Source of the DNA: the human T2T-CHM13v2.0 reference genome, Homo sapiens
Assembly (NCBI RefSeq): GCF_009914755.1
Contig: NC_060935.1
DNA: 64,000 nucleotides
Strand: one strand, 5' to 3'
In this document: one piece after another, positions 39,201 to 51,165 of the stretch
Layout of the letters: each line of letters opens with the position of its first letter
Position numbering within the stretch: position 1 is the first letter of the stretch
Translations under genes and position numbers: made by a program
Notes under the pieces: model-generated
Database searches by the model: none
Seen by the model: only the letters and a program-made list of their open reading frames with translations
Told to the model about the DNA's origin: nothing

Positions 39201-42200
39201 ATTTTCCTTTACAGTTCAGATTTTTATTTGATTTATGATTCTGTTTCTCATGGTTTTAATAAAAGTTATGTAATTTTGAATGCATTATAATCCTTCAAGA
39301 AATAAGTGAATTTAATTATAATACCTAGATGGTTGGATGGATAGATGAATAGATAAAAGGATATTTGAATGAGCTGTCTATTTGAAAGAATTTCATTTTT
39401 TCTGGCATCCAGTAAAATGTACAGATTGACTTACAACTGGATGTTCGCTTTACCCAACACAGAATGCTATGAGTGGAATCCCTGGAGACTCTTCCCTGCT
39501 GAAGACACCATAGGACATAAACTGTTTATCTCAGAAATGAATTTCTCTGGCCTGTTTTTTTGGAGTGCCAGTAATCCTCAGGCATTTCAAAAATACTGAC
39601 CAATAATGAAAGACCGACCATTGGATTCTTACTCAGAAGATAGAAAAGAAACCCCATTCCAATTCATTGTTTTTTTAAAAAAGAAAAGGCACCCACTATT
39701 CCCCAGTCAGTTTGCACATAATGAAAATGTCTCCCAGTCACATCAGAGTCAATTACAACTCATAACCCCTAAGTTCATTTTTCACCCCGTTGCTGTCTGG
39801 TTCATTTTTCACTTTGCCTTAGTCTTTTGACAAGTCTTATAAAAGAAAGGGTGAGAGAATAGCTCTGGGGTCAAAGCCTGCCTCTCTCTCTCTGGAGCAC
39901 ACCATGTCATGTAGGCAGTGAGAAATGACCCTATTATTGCTTCCAAGAACTAAGAATGGCCAAGTCTTTCCAACAGGGCTATTTTCCCTGAACAGGTCAC
40001 TATCACATATGGATAGCATCTACTCAGCCTGTCCATGTGCAAAGTTACAGTCACATCATCCAGTAGAGAATAAATAAGAATAGCTAGCTTTGTGTGGTTG
40101 ATAATGCTTCCACAATTTAGTCATTTATAATTTGTCATTATAATTTGTTAACTAATTGAGGAACCACAGCTTCATTTGTGAGGAATCTGTCTATATTGGT
40201 GCTTTCCAGATATGCTTCCTGTATTCTTATATTAACTTTTAATACCAAATAGAGTAGGATAAGGTAACCAACCACCACAGGGATTATCTGGGTTGTTTCT
40301 AGAGTGCTCCAGGTCTGTTTGCTGAAGAGCATCCTTATTTTCCCTTGATAGGATAGATAACCCAACAATGTAATAACTTTTTGTGTTATCTGTTTACTCA
40401 CTGACAAGAGAAGCAAAACATGGCCAAAACCTAGTTGCCAATGTAATTGAACCTGTGTCCGGAATAGTATTGTGTCCTCTGATGGAAGCATTTTTACTGT
40501 GAACATTAAAGTTTCTGACTCTATAGAGTCCAGAGTCATAGTCTGAAAGCTAAAATGTCACCAGCAGGTAATTAGGAGTAATTATAAATGGAGCAACCTC
40601 TATTTCTGTTCCTTGGTTTCTAAATCTATGTATCTATCCAGGAATGCATGCTATACATCCTATACCATAACACCTCAACATGATAAAAACATTCCCTCTA
40701 AGCTGAAGCCTACATGAGCTTTTCTTGCCATTTTGCCATTCTGCAAGTCTATCTTCTTCAGTGATGAAATACACAATAAGACCAATGATCTCTATAAATA
40801 TCATTGCTTCATCATTCTTTCCTTGAAAAGTGAGTATATGTTGAATAAGTTAACAAAATGATATGTAGGTCATTCAAAAAGTTTTCAGGTAACGTTTTAG
40901 GCAAATAAGTATGGGCTAGAAGAAGCAAATACCACCTGGGATATTTTTCAAGTTAGGATAAATTACTGTTTTCCACCTGATGAATGGTGGTTCACTGCAA
41001 TCAACCTGTTGCAATGTGGATTCTTTCTTCAACTGTCATATTATCATTTGGAGGCCAAAAGTTGGTTGCTGCTGCTTCTAAGATTGCCAGTGGCAAGAGA
41101 TAAGTCAACCTTGTGAAAGGAAGTTCTTATTACTAAACCTATGTATAGTTTTCATGACTATTTAATTCACAAGCCTATTGAGAAATTCCTGGAGAAGTGG
41201 TGAAGGAATCTGACTGTTACCTTGCCTACCTTTTCTTAACCTTTTCTCACAGGAAAGGTAGTGAGTAAACATTCATCTGGGAAACCACTATCAAATTCTG
41301 GGACCATCTTAAGAGATCAGTTTATATAAGTCTTCTGCAGGTGTCTTTGCCTGAGTGAATTCTAGCTCCATCCAAGTCCTTGACCATGCAGTCAAATTAT
41401 TATTTCACCATTTGTAAATCATTGGCAGTTTTCCTTGCCCACATTTTCTCAGTGTCCACTTCTGATTCAGCTTGGAATGTGTTAGCAATCAACTTCCATT
41501 GGATGTCAATTTATCATGCCGATCTATATCTAAAATGCTCTTGTTATGGTTTTGCTTTTGCTTTTTTTTTCTGCTTAGACAACTACTGGTCATAGGTAAC
41601 TCCTTATGAGGCTACAGTTACAGATTAAAGGAGAGGTGACATTGAATGAGAAGTAGCCCATTAAACATATGTACAATCCTGTGCCTTTAGTACCCTTTTG
41701 ATTTAGATCTATCACTTTCATCTGATCTCACATGATTATGAAAGGTTGCTAGGCACGCCCATCTTCATACAACAATGGAATAAATAAATATTTTACTATG
41801 GACAGTTTGGGATGCAGAGTCATTGGTGCTTTAAAATTATGCATTTATTCTCTCTTAGCCATAGGTAGGATAGAAAAACTCTTCCTTAAATGATGGGAAG
41901 TTAATTACAGAAGATGGTATCGTTTTGCTTTAAAACCTCCATTGGGGCTCCGCAGAGGTTTTAAGATATTATATGATGGAGCATGTTATATGATGGATGC
42001 CTGATCATGTCACAAGTATAATATAACATCTTCATCTTTCCAAGATATTCAAAGTACTCCTGGGGCTATTCATCCGTAAGGACCAAGGTGGCACTGCTGC
42101 TTATACTTTTACCTACTGGAATAGATTCCCTTTTTATCCCCTACTCTTTCCCCCTTCAAACTGGAAGACTTTTCAGGTCATCTGGGAAATGGGCCAGAGT

Positions 42201-42749
42201 GGCCCACCAAAATGTGGTTTATTTTGCTCTCGATACTCAAGGATACACACCAAGCACTGACTGTATTTTTGTGTTTGTTCGTTTGGGGGTTAAGCAATGT
42301 TCTAGAATTTGCAGGTGATATCCCGACATGTACCAGATTATTAGGTCCACTAAAACTTCATGGAGGTGGCATATATCTAAAGGAGGTTTATCTCTAAACT
42401 TATTAAGTGCACATGTCATACTGAGCCATCTGTGATACCACTACTTTCTGCTTTCTAGGTCCTATGAACAGGATATCATCATTACAGTCAATTCACATAA
42501 TGTCCTGTGGGTTAATTAGATACTCAAGGTTATTTTCAGACTAAGTTGTGATACAGAGCTAAAAAGACTACATAATCCTAATACATAACAGCAAAGGTGT
42601 ACTTTTATTAGCCAAATAACTTTGGAATAATTTTTGTATTTTCAGTTTATTAGAATAAAATAAAAAAATAATATTCATCAGATCAATAGCAATGTCAAAA
42701 TGTAAATGGCTATTTTGAATTTCTCAAATGAGGGGAGCATATTGGAACA

Positions 42750-43162
42750 GTCATGCTCTGGTAAGTATGAGAACTGTTAAGATGTTCTACTTAGGTTCTC
42801 CTTCAAATAGACTTGCTGCCCAGGTGTAAGCTGCCTGCCTCTGGCTAGTAGCACCTCCAGCTTCCATTTTCTCTCTGAAGCTGAGAGGTTACACTCCTCT
42901 TCTCAGGCTGGTCCCAGTAAATGTTTTACTAAAGTGGTGAGTTGCAACGTAGCCCAGACATTTTTGCCCAATGTAGGACTTCCCTAATGGGCCATCTTTG
43001 CCCTGGAGCTGCCTGTCAAGAGATTTGTCAGATCTGCATCATGGTTGTAGGAATTACCTTGCCCAACCCTGCTTCATCTTCCTTTCCTTTCACAGCTATT
43101 ACAGCCCAATAAATCTTTTGTACTTCTAACTCTTCTGCTTCCAAAATAATCTAACCTATAAC
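42750..43162 (+). mobile_element. LTR16-like ERVL LTR
   Basis: ttttgcccaatgtaggac...cagatctgcatc...cccaataaatcttttgtac...ctaacctataaca. Confidence 0.7.
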
Positions 43163-43565
43163 ACTAAGCTTGCAATAATTTCCTGTTTTTTCCTCAAACT
43201 GTCTCTCCTCTGCTGTGTTTCCTGAGCTGGAGACTTAAAAGTTGTGTGTGTGTATGTTTTTTTATTTCTTTAATAGAAATTATTTTCTCTTTAAGTTTTT
43301 TGGTGGTGACACAAACTGACTTTTTTCAGGGATGAGATATTTGCTTCAGAGGTCTATTTTGGCAGAAAGGGTTGGCACCAGGAATCCTTCCTTAGCCTAC
43401 CCTGCCATAATAATTTTCATTCTATGAGTTACAGCACTCTTTGGAGATGCTACAAGGTTCTGAGTCTACACCAATAACATTTTCAGGAGCTGTAAAGAAA
43501 CAACAAGATTGTAGTGGTTGTTTTAAGTGTTTCTTTGCTTTACTCTCTGCATTGCCTATTTCTTC

Positions 43566-43660
43566 TTTTTTTTAACTTCTATTTTAGGTTCAGGGGTACC
43601 TGTGCAGGTTTGTTATATAGGTAAACTGCATGTCATGGGGATATAATGTGCAGATAATTT
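43566..43660 (-). mobile_element. Short L1PA 3' end
   Basis: ttttaggttcaggggtacctgtgcaggtttgttatataggtaaac. Confidence 0.75.
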
Positions 43661-45103
43661 CTTCTGTGTCCTTTTTTGGTTTTTATTTGTTTTGAGCCTC
43701 TAGTGTTATAGGATCCTCTCAAATGTTTTGTGATACGTAGCACTCTCCTCCTATTTAAGACGAAACCACAAAAAGTTGACTAGTAATGTTTTATTTGTAG
43801 CCTGGGCTTGTCAAACTGTTCTCTTCAGGATAATCTTATTGAGTTGTTTCTTAGGAGGAGCATCTGTTTATTTCTACAGGTATTTTCTTTCAAGTTAGTC
43901 AGTTTACCTAAAGAAGAAACATCCATCCTCCTGCCTTAAAACTTTAAGCCTGGTTGCCAGCATTCTGGAAGCCTTAAGGGAAAAATAACTCAGTATTCTC
44001 ATTTCTCATTTCTCATTTAGTTATGACAGCCCAGTCCTCAACTGTTCCTGATGCCACCAAGATCAGAGTCTCTCTGGCTCATCATCTATAAGGAATAACT
44101 CTCTAGTTTTCTTCTTAGGTGGGGAAGAAAAGATGAATGTCTAGTGAGTCTTCTATAATTTTTCAACTAATCATATGCTTTTCAGCGACTTTTCCAGCTT
44201 TGGTTTTCAGAGGTATTTTCCTTCCTCAATTCTTTATGCATTTTGCAGCTCTGTGGTGGTAATGCCCTCACTTTAGGAATTACCTATGCTAGTTTAGGTT
44301 TCATTGTTTTCTGGCCTTCTAAGTCAGTTACTATGCATTGGACATCTCTGTAGCTTCCAGGAAATTATTAGTGTCATCTTCTCTCGTTTTCTTTTTGCGC
44401 TTGCAGGTTATATTTTGATTCTTTCCAGCAGGGTTCAGATTATAAACATTAATGTCTAATTCACCATGTAAGTAGAAATGTTGTCTGCTTACTTCTATTA
44501 CTCATATCAGAAATAAAGTTCCTTTTCCAAATCTCAAATTGTCCAAACCTAAGTATATTCTTGAACCCTAATGGCTGGAGTTCCCAGAGAGCAAATCAGG
44601 ATGGGTTAGAAGAAAGCATTTTTCACCAACTGATACAACAACAGAAGCTTTAAATATCTGAAATTTCTGAAATTTCAAATGCTTTAGCAAAAGTGTGTAT
44701 GTTTTGGGGGGTGGGTGTAGAGGGACATCTATTACACTGTGCCTGTGTTCCAATACTCCTCACACAGTGCAATGCCACGCACTCATGGAAGCCTGTGGTT
44801 AGTGAGTAGTTTCTTCCTCAGCTCAGTTCTCCATCAAAATGCACCCATTCAAAGCTTCAGTCTCTCAAAAACCTTGCCTTAGTAGGTATTATTAATTAAA
44901 TATGATACTAATTTAAAAATGATAACAATTAGATTTTTATTCATCAGGGGATGGGATAATTTCTTTTTGTGAGGTTAACAAACATAGCATCAAAGAAGTG
45001 TCTCATTCTCAAATAAATTTGTCAGATTCTTTTAACATGTTATCATTAAGGTGGAAAATAAAAGGATATAACAAGAAATTATAGAAGAATAACTAAAAGA
45101 GGT

Positions 45104-45468
45104 TAATAGGGCTTGGCTGTGTCCCTACCCAAATCTCATCCTGCATTGTAGCTCACAGTATCCCCATAGTGTTATGGGAGGGACTCAGTGGGAGGTAATT
45201 AAATCATGGGGGCAGGTTTTTCCTGTGCTGTTCTCATGATTCTGAATATGTCTCACAAGATCTCACGGTTTTATAAAAGGCAGTTCCCCTACACATGCTG
45301 TCTTCCCTGCTGCTATGTAAGATGTGCCTTTGTTCCTCCTTCACCTTCCACCATGATTGTGAGGCCTCTGCAGCCATGTGGAACTGTGAGTCCATTAAAC
45401 CTCTTTTTCTTTATAAATTACCCAGTCTTGGGTATTTCTTCATAGCAGTATGAAAATGGACTGATACA
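45104..45468 (+). mobile_element. THE1D-like solo LTR
   Basis: cttggctgtgtccctacccaaatctcatc...gaaaatggactgataca; 5-bp TSD gaggt/gagat. Confidence 0.88.
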
Positions 45469-45791
45469 GAGATGTAAATGGTTTTAGCCTAAAACCCCAA
45501 GTTTATAATAATGTAACTCAGATCTACTATGGAAAATTGACTTGTATTGGGAAATGCAGCCAACTTTTGAAATTGTTAGACCAGACATACAGGACTTCTG
45601 AATTCAGAGAGGTGTTTCTGCCTTCTATTTAAAGGCTCTTTTGAATTTATGCTTCCTACCTTCAAGGAACTCATATATAAGATATATGTAAACTGCTGAA
45701 GGGTGATACCATTTTTGAAATGATGTGTGTATCTTTTCTAATATTTAGCAAATGAAAGTAAAAACATCAGTTTAGAAAATGGGTTTGGTTG

Positions 45792-45898
45792 GCTGACTCT
45801 CTTTTCGGACTCAGCCCGCCTGCACCCAGGTGAAATAAACAGCCATGTTGCTCACACAAAGCCTGTTTGGTGGTCTCTTCACACAGACGTGCATGAAA
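45792..45898 (+). mobile_element. HERV-H 5' R-U5 only
   Basis: gctgactctcttttcggactcagcccgcctgcacccaggtgaaataaacagcc...gcatgaaa; the R part recurs at 50043-50100. Confidence 0.93.
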
Positions 45899-45900
45899 TT

Positions 45901-45918
45901 TGGTGCCGTGACTCGGAT
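45901..45918 (+). other. Primer binding site for tRNA-His
   Basis: tggtgccgtgactcggat is complementary to the 3' 18 nt of tRNA-His. Confidence 0.95.
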
Positions 45919-46042
45919 CGGGGGACCTCCCTTGGGAGATCAATCCCCTGTCCTCCTGCTCTTTGCTCCATGAGAAAGATCCACCTACGATCTCAGGTCC
46001 TCAGTCCAACCAGCCCAGGAAACACCCCACCAATTTTGAATC

Positions 46043-46050
46043 CGGTAAGT
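46043..46050 (+). promoter_or_regulatory. HERV-H major splice donor
   Basis: cg|gtaagt about 145 nt after U5; leader sequence continues downstream, so the copy is unspliced here. Confidence 0.75.
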
Positions 46051-46641
46051 GGCCTCTTTTTACTCTCTTCTCCAACCTCCCTCACTATCCCTCAACCTCT
46101 TTCTCCTTTCAATCTTGGCGCCACACTTCAGTCTCTCCCTTCTCTTAATTTCAATTCCTTTCATTTTCTGGTAGAGACAAAAGAAACATGTTTTATCCGT
46201 GAACCCAAAACTCCGGCGCCTGTCACGGACTGGGAAGGCAGCCTTCCCTTGGTGTTTAATCATTGCAGGGATGCCTCTCTGATTATACACTCATATTTCA
46301 AGGGTGTCAGACCACACAGGGACGCCCACCTTGGTCCTTCACCCTTAGCAGCAAGTCCCGCTTTCCTGGGGCAGGGGAAAGTACCCCTCAACCCCTTCTC
46401 CTTCAACCTCAGCAGCAAGTCCCACTTTCCTAGGGGGCAAGAAACCCCCAATCGCTTATTTCCGCACCCCAACCTCTTATCTCTGCACCCCAATCCCTTA
46501 TTTCTGCACCCTGACCTCTTATCTCTGTGCCCCAATCCCTTATTTCCGTGTCCCAACCCCTTTTCTGCTTTTCTGGAGGGCAAGAACCCCCCACCCCTTC
46601 TCCGTGTCTCTACTCTTTTTTCTGGGCTTGCCTCCTTCACT

Positions 46642-47850
46642 ATGGGTAAGCTTCCACCTTCCATTCCTCCTTCTTCTCCTTTAGCCTGTGTTCTCAAAAA
46701 CTTAAAACCTCTTCAACTCACACCTGACCTAAAACCAAAATGCCTTATTTTCTTCTGCAATGCCGCTTGACTCCAATACAAGCTCGACAGTAGTTCCAAA
46801 TAGCCGGAAAATGGCACTTTCAATTTTTCCATCCTACAAGATCTAAATAATTCTTGTCGTAAAATGGGCAAATGGTCTGAGGTGCCTGAAGTCCAGGCAT
46901 TCTTTTACACATCAGTCCCTTCCTAGTCTCTGTGCCCAGTGCAACTCGTCCCAAATCTTCCTTCTTTCCTCCCGCCTGTCCCCTCAGTCCCAACCCCAAG
47001 CGTCGCTGAGTCTTTCTAATCTTCCTTTTCTACAGACCCATCTGACCTCTCCCCTCGTCACCAGCCCAAGCTAGATCCCAATTCTTCCTCAGCCTCCACT
47101 CCTGCACCCTGTAATCTTTTTATCACCTCCCCTCCTCACACCTGGTCTGGCTTACAGTTTCGTTCTGTGACTAGCCCTCCCCCACCTGCCCAGCAATTTA
47201 CTCTTAAAAAGGTGGCTGGAGCCAAAGGCATAGTCAAGGTTAATGCTCCTTTTTCTTTATCCCAAATCAGATAGTGTTTAGGCTCTTTTTCATCAAATAT
47301 AAAAATCCAGCCCAGTTCATGACTTGTTTGGCAGCAACCCTGAGACACTTTACAGCCCTAGACCCTAAAAAGTCAAAAGACCATCTTATTCTCAAAATAT
47401 ATTTTATTATCCAATCTGCTCCCGACATTAAATAAAACTCCAAAAATTAAATTCCGGCCCTAAACCCCACAACAGGATTTAATTAACCTCGCCTTCAAGG
47501 TGTACAATAATAGAAAAAAGTTGCAATTCCTTGCCTCCACTGTGAGACAAACCCCAGCCACATCTCCAGCACACAAGAATTTCCAAATGCCTGAACCACA
47601 GCGGCCAGGCATTCCTCCAGAACCTCCTCCCACAGGAGCTTGCTACACATGCCGGAAATCTGGCCACTGGGCCAAGGAATGCCCACTGCCCGGGATTCCT
47701 CCTAAGCCGCGTCCCATCTGTGTGGGACCCCACTGAAAATCGGACTGTTCAACTCACCTGGCAGCCACTCCCAGAGCCCCTGGAACTCTGGCCCAAGACT
47801 CTCTGGCTGACTCCTTCCCAGATCTTCTCGGCTTAGCGGCTGAAGACTGA
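46642..47850 (+). pseudogene. gag: HERV-H gag remnant
   Basis: MGKLPPSIPPSSPLACVLKNL start with premature TGA at 46768; zinc knuckle CYTCRKSGHWAKEC at 47641-47682; ends LLGLAAED*. Confidence 0.85.
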
Positions 47851-49065
47851 CACTGCCCGATCACCTCGGAAGCCCCGTAGACCATCACAGATGCCAAGCT
47901 TTGGGTAACTCTCACAGTGGAAGGTAAGTCCGTCCCCTTCTTAATCAATATGGAGGCTACCCACTCCACATTACCTTCTTTTCAAGGGCCTGTTTCCCTT
48001 GCCTCCATAACTGTTGTGGGTATTGACGGCCAAGCTTCAAAACCCCTGAAAACTCCCCCACTCTGGTGCCAACTTGAACAACACTCTTTTATGCACTCTT
48101 TTTTAGTTATCCCAACCTGCCCAGTTCCCTTATTAGGCCGAGATATTTTAACCAAATTATCTGCTTCCCTGACTATTCCTGGACTACAGCCGCATCTCAT
48201 TGCCGCCCTTCTCCCCAACCCAAAGCTTCCTACGCATCTTCCTCTCGTATCCCCCCACCTTAACCCACAAGTATGGGACATCTCTACTCCTTCCCTGGCA
48301 ACTGATCACATGCCCATTACCATCCCATTAAAACCTAATCACCCTTACCCCGCTCAACGCCAATATCCCATCCCACAGCATGCTTTAAAACGATTAAAGC
48401 CTGTTATCACTCACCTGCTATAGCATGGGCTTCTAAAACCTATAAACTCTCCTTACAATTCCCCCATTTTACCTGTCCAAAAACCGGATAAGTCTTACAG
48501 ATTAGTTCAGGATCTGCGTCTTATCAACCAAATTGTTTTGCCTATCCACCCTGTGGTGCCCAACCCGTACACTCTTTTGTCCTCAATACGTTCCTCCACA
48601 ACTCACTATTCTGTTCTCCATCTTAAAGATGCTTTTTTCACTATTCCCCTGCACCACTCGTCCCAGCCTCTCTTTGCTTTCACTTAGACTGACCCTGACA
48701 CCCATTAGGCTCAGCAAATTACCAAGGCTGTACTGCCGCAAAGCTTCACAGACAGCCCCCATTACTTCAATCAAGCCCAAATTTCTTCCTCATCTGTTAC
48801 CTATCTTGGCATAATTCTCATAAAAACACACGTGCTTTCCCTGCCAATCGTGTCCGACTGATCTCTCAAACCCCAGCACCTTCTACAAAACAATAACTCC
48901 TTTCCTTCCTAGGCATGGTTAGCGTGGTCGGAATTCTTACACAAGAGCCAGGACCACACCCTGTAGCCTTTCTGTCCAAACAACTTGACCTTACTGTTTT
49001 AGCCTAGCCCTCATGTCTGCGTGCAGCAGCTGCTGCTGCTTTAATACTTTTAGAGGCCCTCAAAA
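47851..49065 (+). pseudogene. pol: HERV-H pro/pol remnant (protease plus partial RT)
   Basis: FLINMEATHS (inactive DTGA equivalent), [39 protein letters not shown]; contains stops and deletions. Confidence 0.9.
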
Positions 49066-49515
49066 TCACAAACTTTATCAGTCCTCCAGGCCCAAGTTGA
49101 CTCTTTAGCTGCAGTTGTCCTCCAAAACCGCCGAGGCCTTGACTTACTTACTGCCGAAAAAGGAGGACTCTGCATATTCTTAAATGAGGAGTGTTGTTTT
49201 TACCTAAATCAATCTGGCCTGGTGTATGACAACATAAAAAAACTCAAGGATAGAGCCCAAAAACTTGCCAACCAAGAAAGTAATTATGCTGAACCCCCTT
49301 GGGCACTCTCTAATTGGATGTCCTGGGTCCTCCCAATTCTTAGTCCTTTAATACCTATTTTTCTTCTCCTTTTATTCGGACCTTGTATCTTCCGTTTAGC
49401 TTCTCAATTCATCGAAAACCGTATCCAGGCCATCACCAATCATTCTATACGACAGATGTTTCTTCTAACATCCCCACAATATCACCCCTTACCACAAGAC
49501 CTCCCTTCAGCTTAA
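49066..49515 (+). pseudogene. env: HERV-H env TM fragment (open frame, no upstream ATG)
   Basis: SQTLSVLQAQVDSLAAVVLQNRRGLDLLTAEKGGLCIFLNEECCFYLN...QDLPSA*; ISD at 49120-49170. Confidence 0.92.
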
Positions 49516-49677
49516 TCTCTCCCACTCTAGGTTCCCACGCCGCCCCTAATCCCACTTGAAGCAGCCCTGAGAAACATCGCCCTTTCTCTCTCCATACCAC
49601 CCCCCAGAAATTTTCGCCGCTCCAACACTTCAACACTATTTTGTTTTATTTGTCTTATTAATATAAGAAGGCAGGAA

Positions 49678-50098
49678 TGTCAGGCCTCTGAGCCCAGGCC
49701 AGGCCATCGCATCCCCTGTGACTTGCACGTATACATCCAGATGGCCTGAAGTAACTGCAGATCCACAAAAGAAGTAAAAACAGCCTTAACTGATGACATT
49801 CCACCATTGTGATTTGTTCCTGCCCCACCCTAACTGATCAATGTACTTTGTAATCTCCCCCACCCTTAAGAAAGTACTTTGTAGTCTTCCCCACCCTTAA
49901 GAAGTTTCTTTGTAATTCTCCCCACTCTTGAGAATGTACTTTGTGAGATCCTCCCCTGCCCACCAGAGAACAACACCCTTTGACTGTAATTTTCCATTAC
50001 CTTCCCAAATCCTATAAAACGGCCCCACCCCTATCTCCTTTTGCTGACTCTTTTCGGACTCAGCCCGCCTGCACCCAGGTGAAATAAACAGCCATGTT

Positions 50099-50100
<2 letters not shown>
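49678..50100 (+). promoter_or_regulatory. HERV-H 3' U3-R (LTR7Y/type Ia-like)
   Basis: PPT aagaaggcaggaa at 49665-49677; starts tgtcaggcctctgagcccaggccaggcc; ~31-bp repeats at 49843-49950; TATAAAA at 50013; AATAAA at 50083. Confidence 0.88.

Positions 50101-50135
<35 letters not shown>
50100..50135. repeat. (CA)18 microsatellite at the R end / tail junction
   Basis: Pure CA run followed by a short A run and the TSD. Confidence 0.95.
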
Positions 50136-50139
<4 letters not shown>

Positions 50140-50174
50140 AAAGAAAATGGGTTTGGTTTCAGAAGGAAATAATG

Positions 50175-50340
50175 CTGGTCACATTTAGATTCCACCAACA
50201 AATACCTAATAACAATGGACAAGTCATTTAATCTCCTTAAACACAAATGTTCTTGTCTGTAAAATAAAAATAAAACCAATTTTGTGAGTTTCTTATTAAG
50301 ACCACATGGAATAATGTATAATATCTATGTAGAAATAACT
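50175..50340 (+). mobile_element. MIR relic
   Basis: ggacaagtcatttaatctcctt...gtctgtaaaata. Confidence 0.6.
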
Positions 50341-50837
50341 ACACATAATGATTATTTATTAAATTTTATATTTCTCAACAGTACTATTTTTATTACTAGT
50401 GTTATTTATGAAATAATGAAATAGTGCAAGTCATACTATAACAAAATATTTTATTGGTAGGCCTAGAGAATAAATCAGTCTCTATTACCCACACCCATAA
50501 TAACGCCTTAATAATTCTAAGATTTATTTCACAGCTAAGCTTCTTGATAAAGAATGGATATATAATCTACATTTCTGTACTTTGCATTACTTTCAACCAG
50601 CTCCAGTGAGCTCTTACCTCTATTGTTCCCCCAAAAGCATGTTTGCTAAGGTCTTCAATGACCTCCCTGTTGGCAAACCCAGTAGAAATATTTTTCTTGC
50701 CATCTTACTTGATTTTTAGCAGCATTGAACACAGCTAGATCCTTCTTGTCTTTCTCTGTGTTTTTTATTTCTTTTTTCTTACTCCAACCCCAGCTGAAAG
50801 CAGTATTGCAATGATGTGCAGTTCAGGAGCAGAATGG

Positions 50838-51165
50838 AGGCCTGGCATAGTGGTTTGTAATCCTAGCATGTGGCACACTTGTAATCTCAGCCCTTTGGGA
50901 GCCTGAGGCATGAGGATAGTGTGAGGCCAGGAGTTTGACACCAACCTCAGCAACATACAGAAACTCTATCTCCACAAAAAAATAAAAAATAGCCAGGCAC
51001 AGTGGCTTATGCTTGTAGTCTCAACTACTCAAGAGGCTGAGGTGGGAGGATTGCTTGAACCAAGGAGTTTGAGGCTGCAGTTAGTTATCAGCTTGCCACT
51101 GCACTCCAGTCTGGGTGACAGGACAAGACTTTGTCTCTAAAATATAAAATAAATTTAAATTTAAA
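50838..51165 (+). mobile_element. AluJ SINE with short 5' duplication
   Basis: ggcctggcatagtggtttgtaatcctagcatgtggcacacttgtaatc...gaggctgcagttag...; A-rich tail. Confidence 0.85.

Larger units (their letters stand above)
45791..50141 (+). mobile_element. HERV-H: Processed (L1-retrotransposed) HERV-H copy: R-U5-internal-U3-R-tail
   Basis: No 5' U3 and no 3' U5; (CA)n/A tail; 17-bp TSD agaaaatgggtttggtt at 45774-45790 and 50142-50158. Confidence 0.95.

Noticed and set aside
40138-40539. 133-aa minus-strand ORF in unique sequence
   Set aside because: No recognisable motif or homology, and its length is compatible with chance in 64 kb.
46455-46570. ~21-bp tandem repeats resembling an array
   Set aside because: Ordinary HERV-H leader repeats with no unique spacers; not CRISPR-like.
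45889-46770. 293-aa ORF, the longest in the window
   Set aside because: Starts at GTG in U5 and runs through the PBS and the C/T-rich HERV-H leader into the start of gag; a stop-poor by-product, not a cellular gene.
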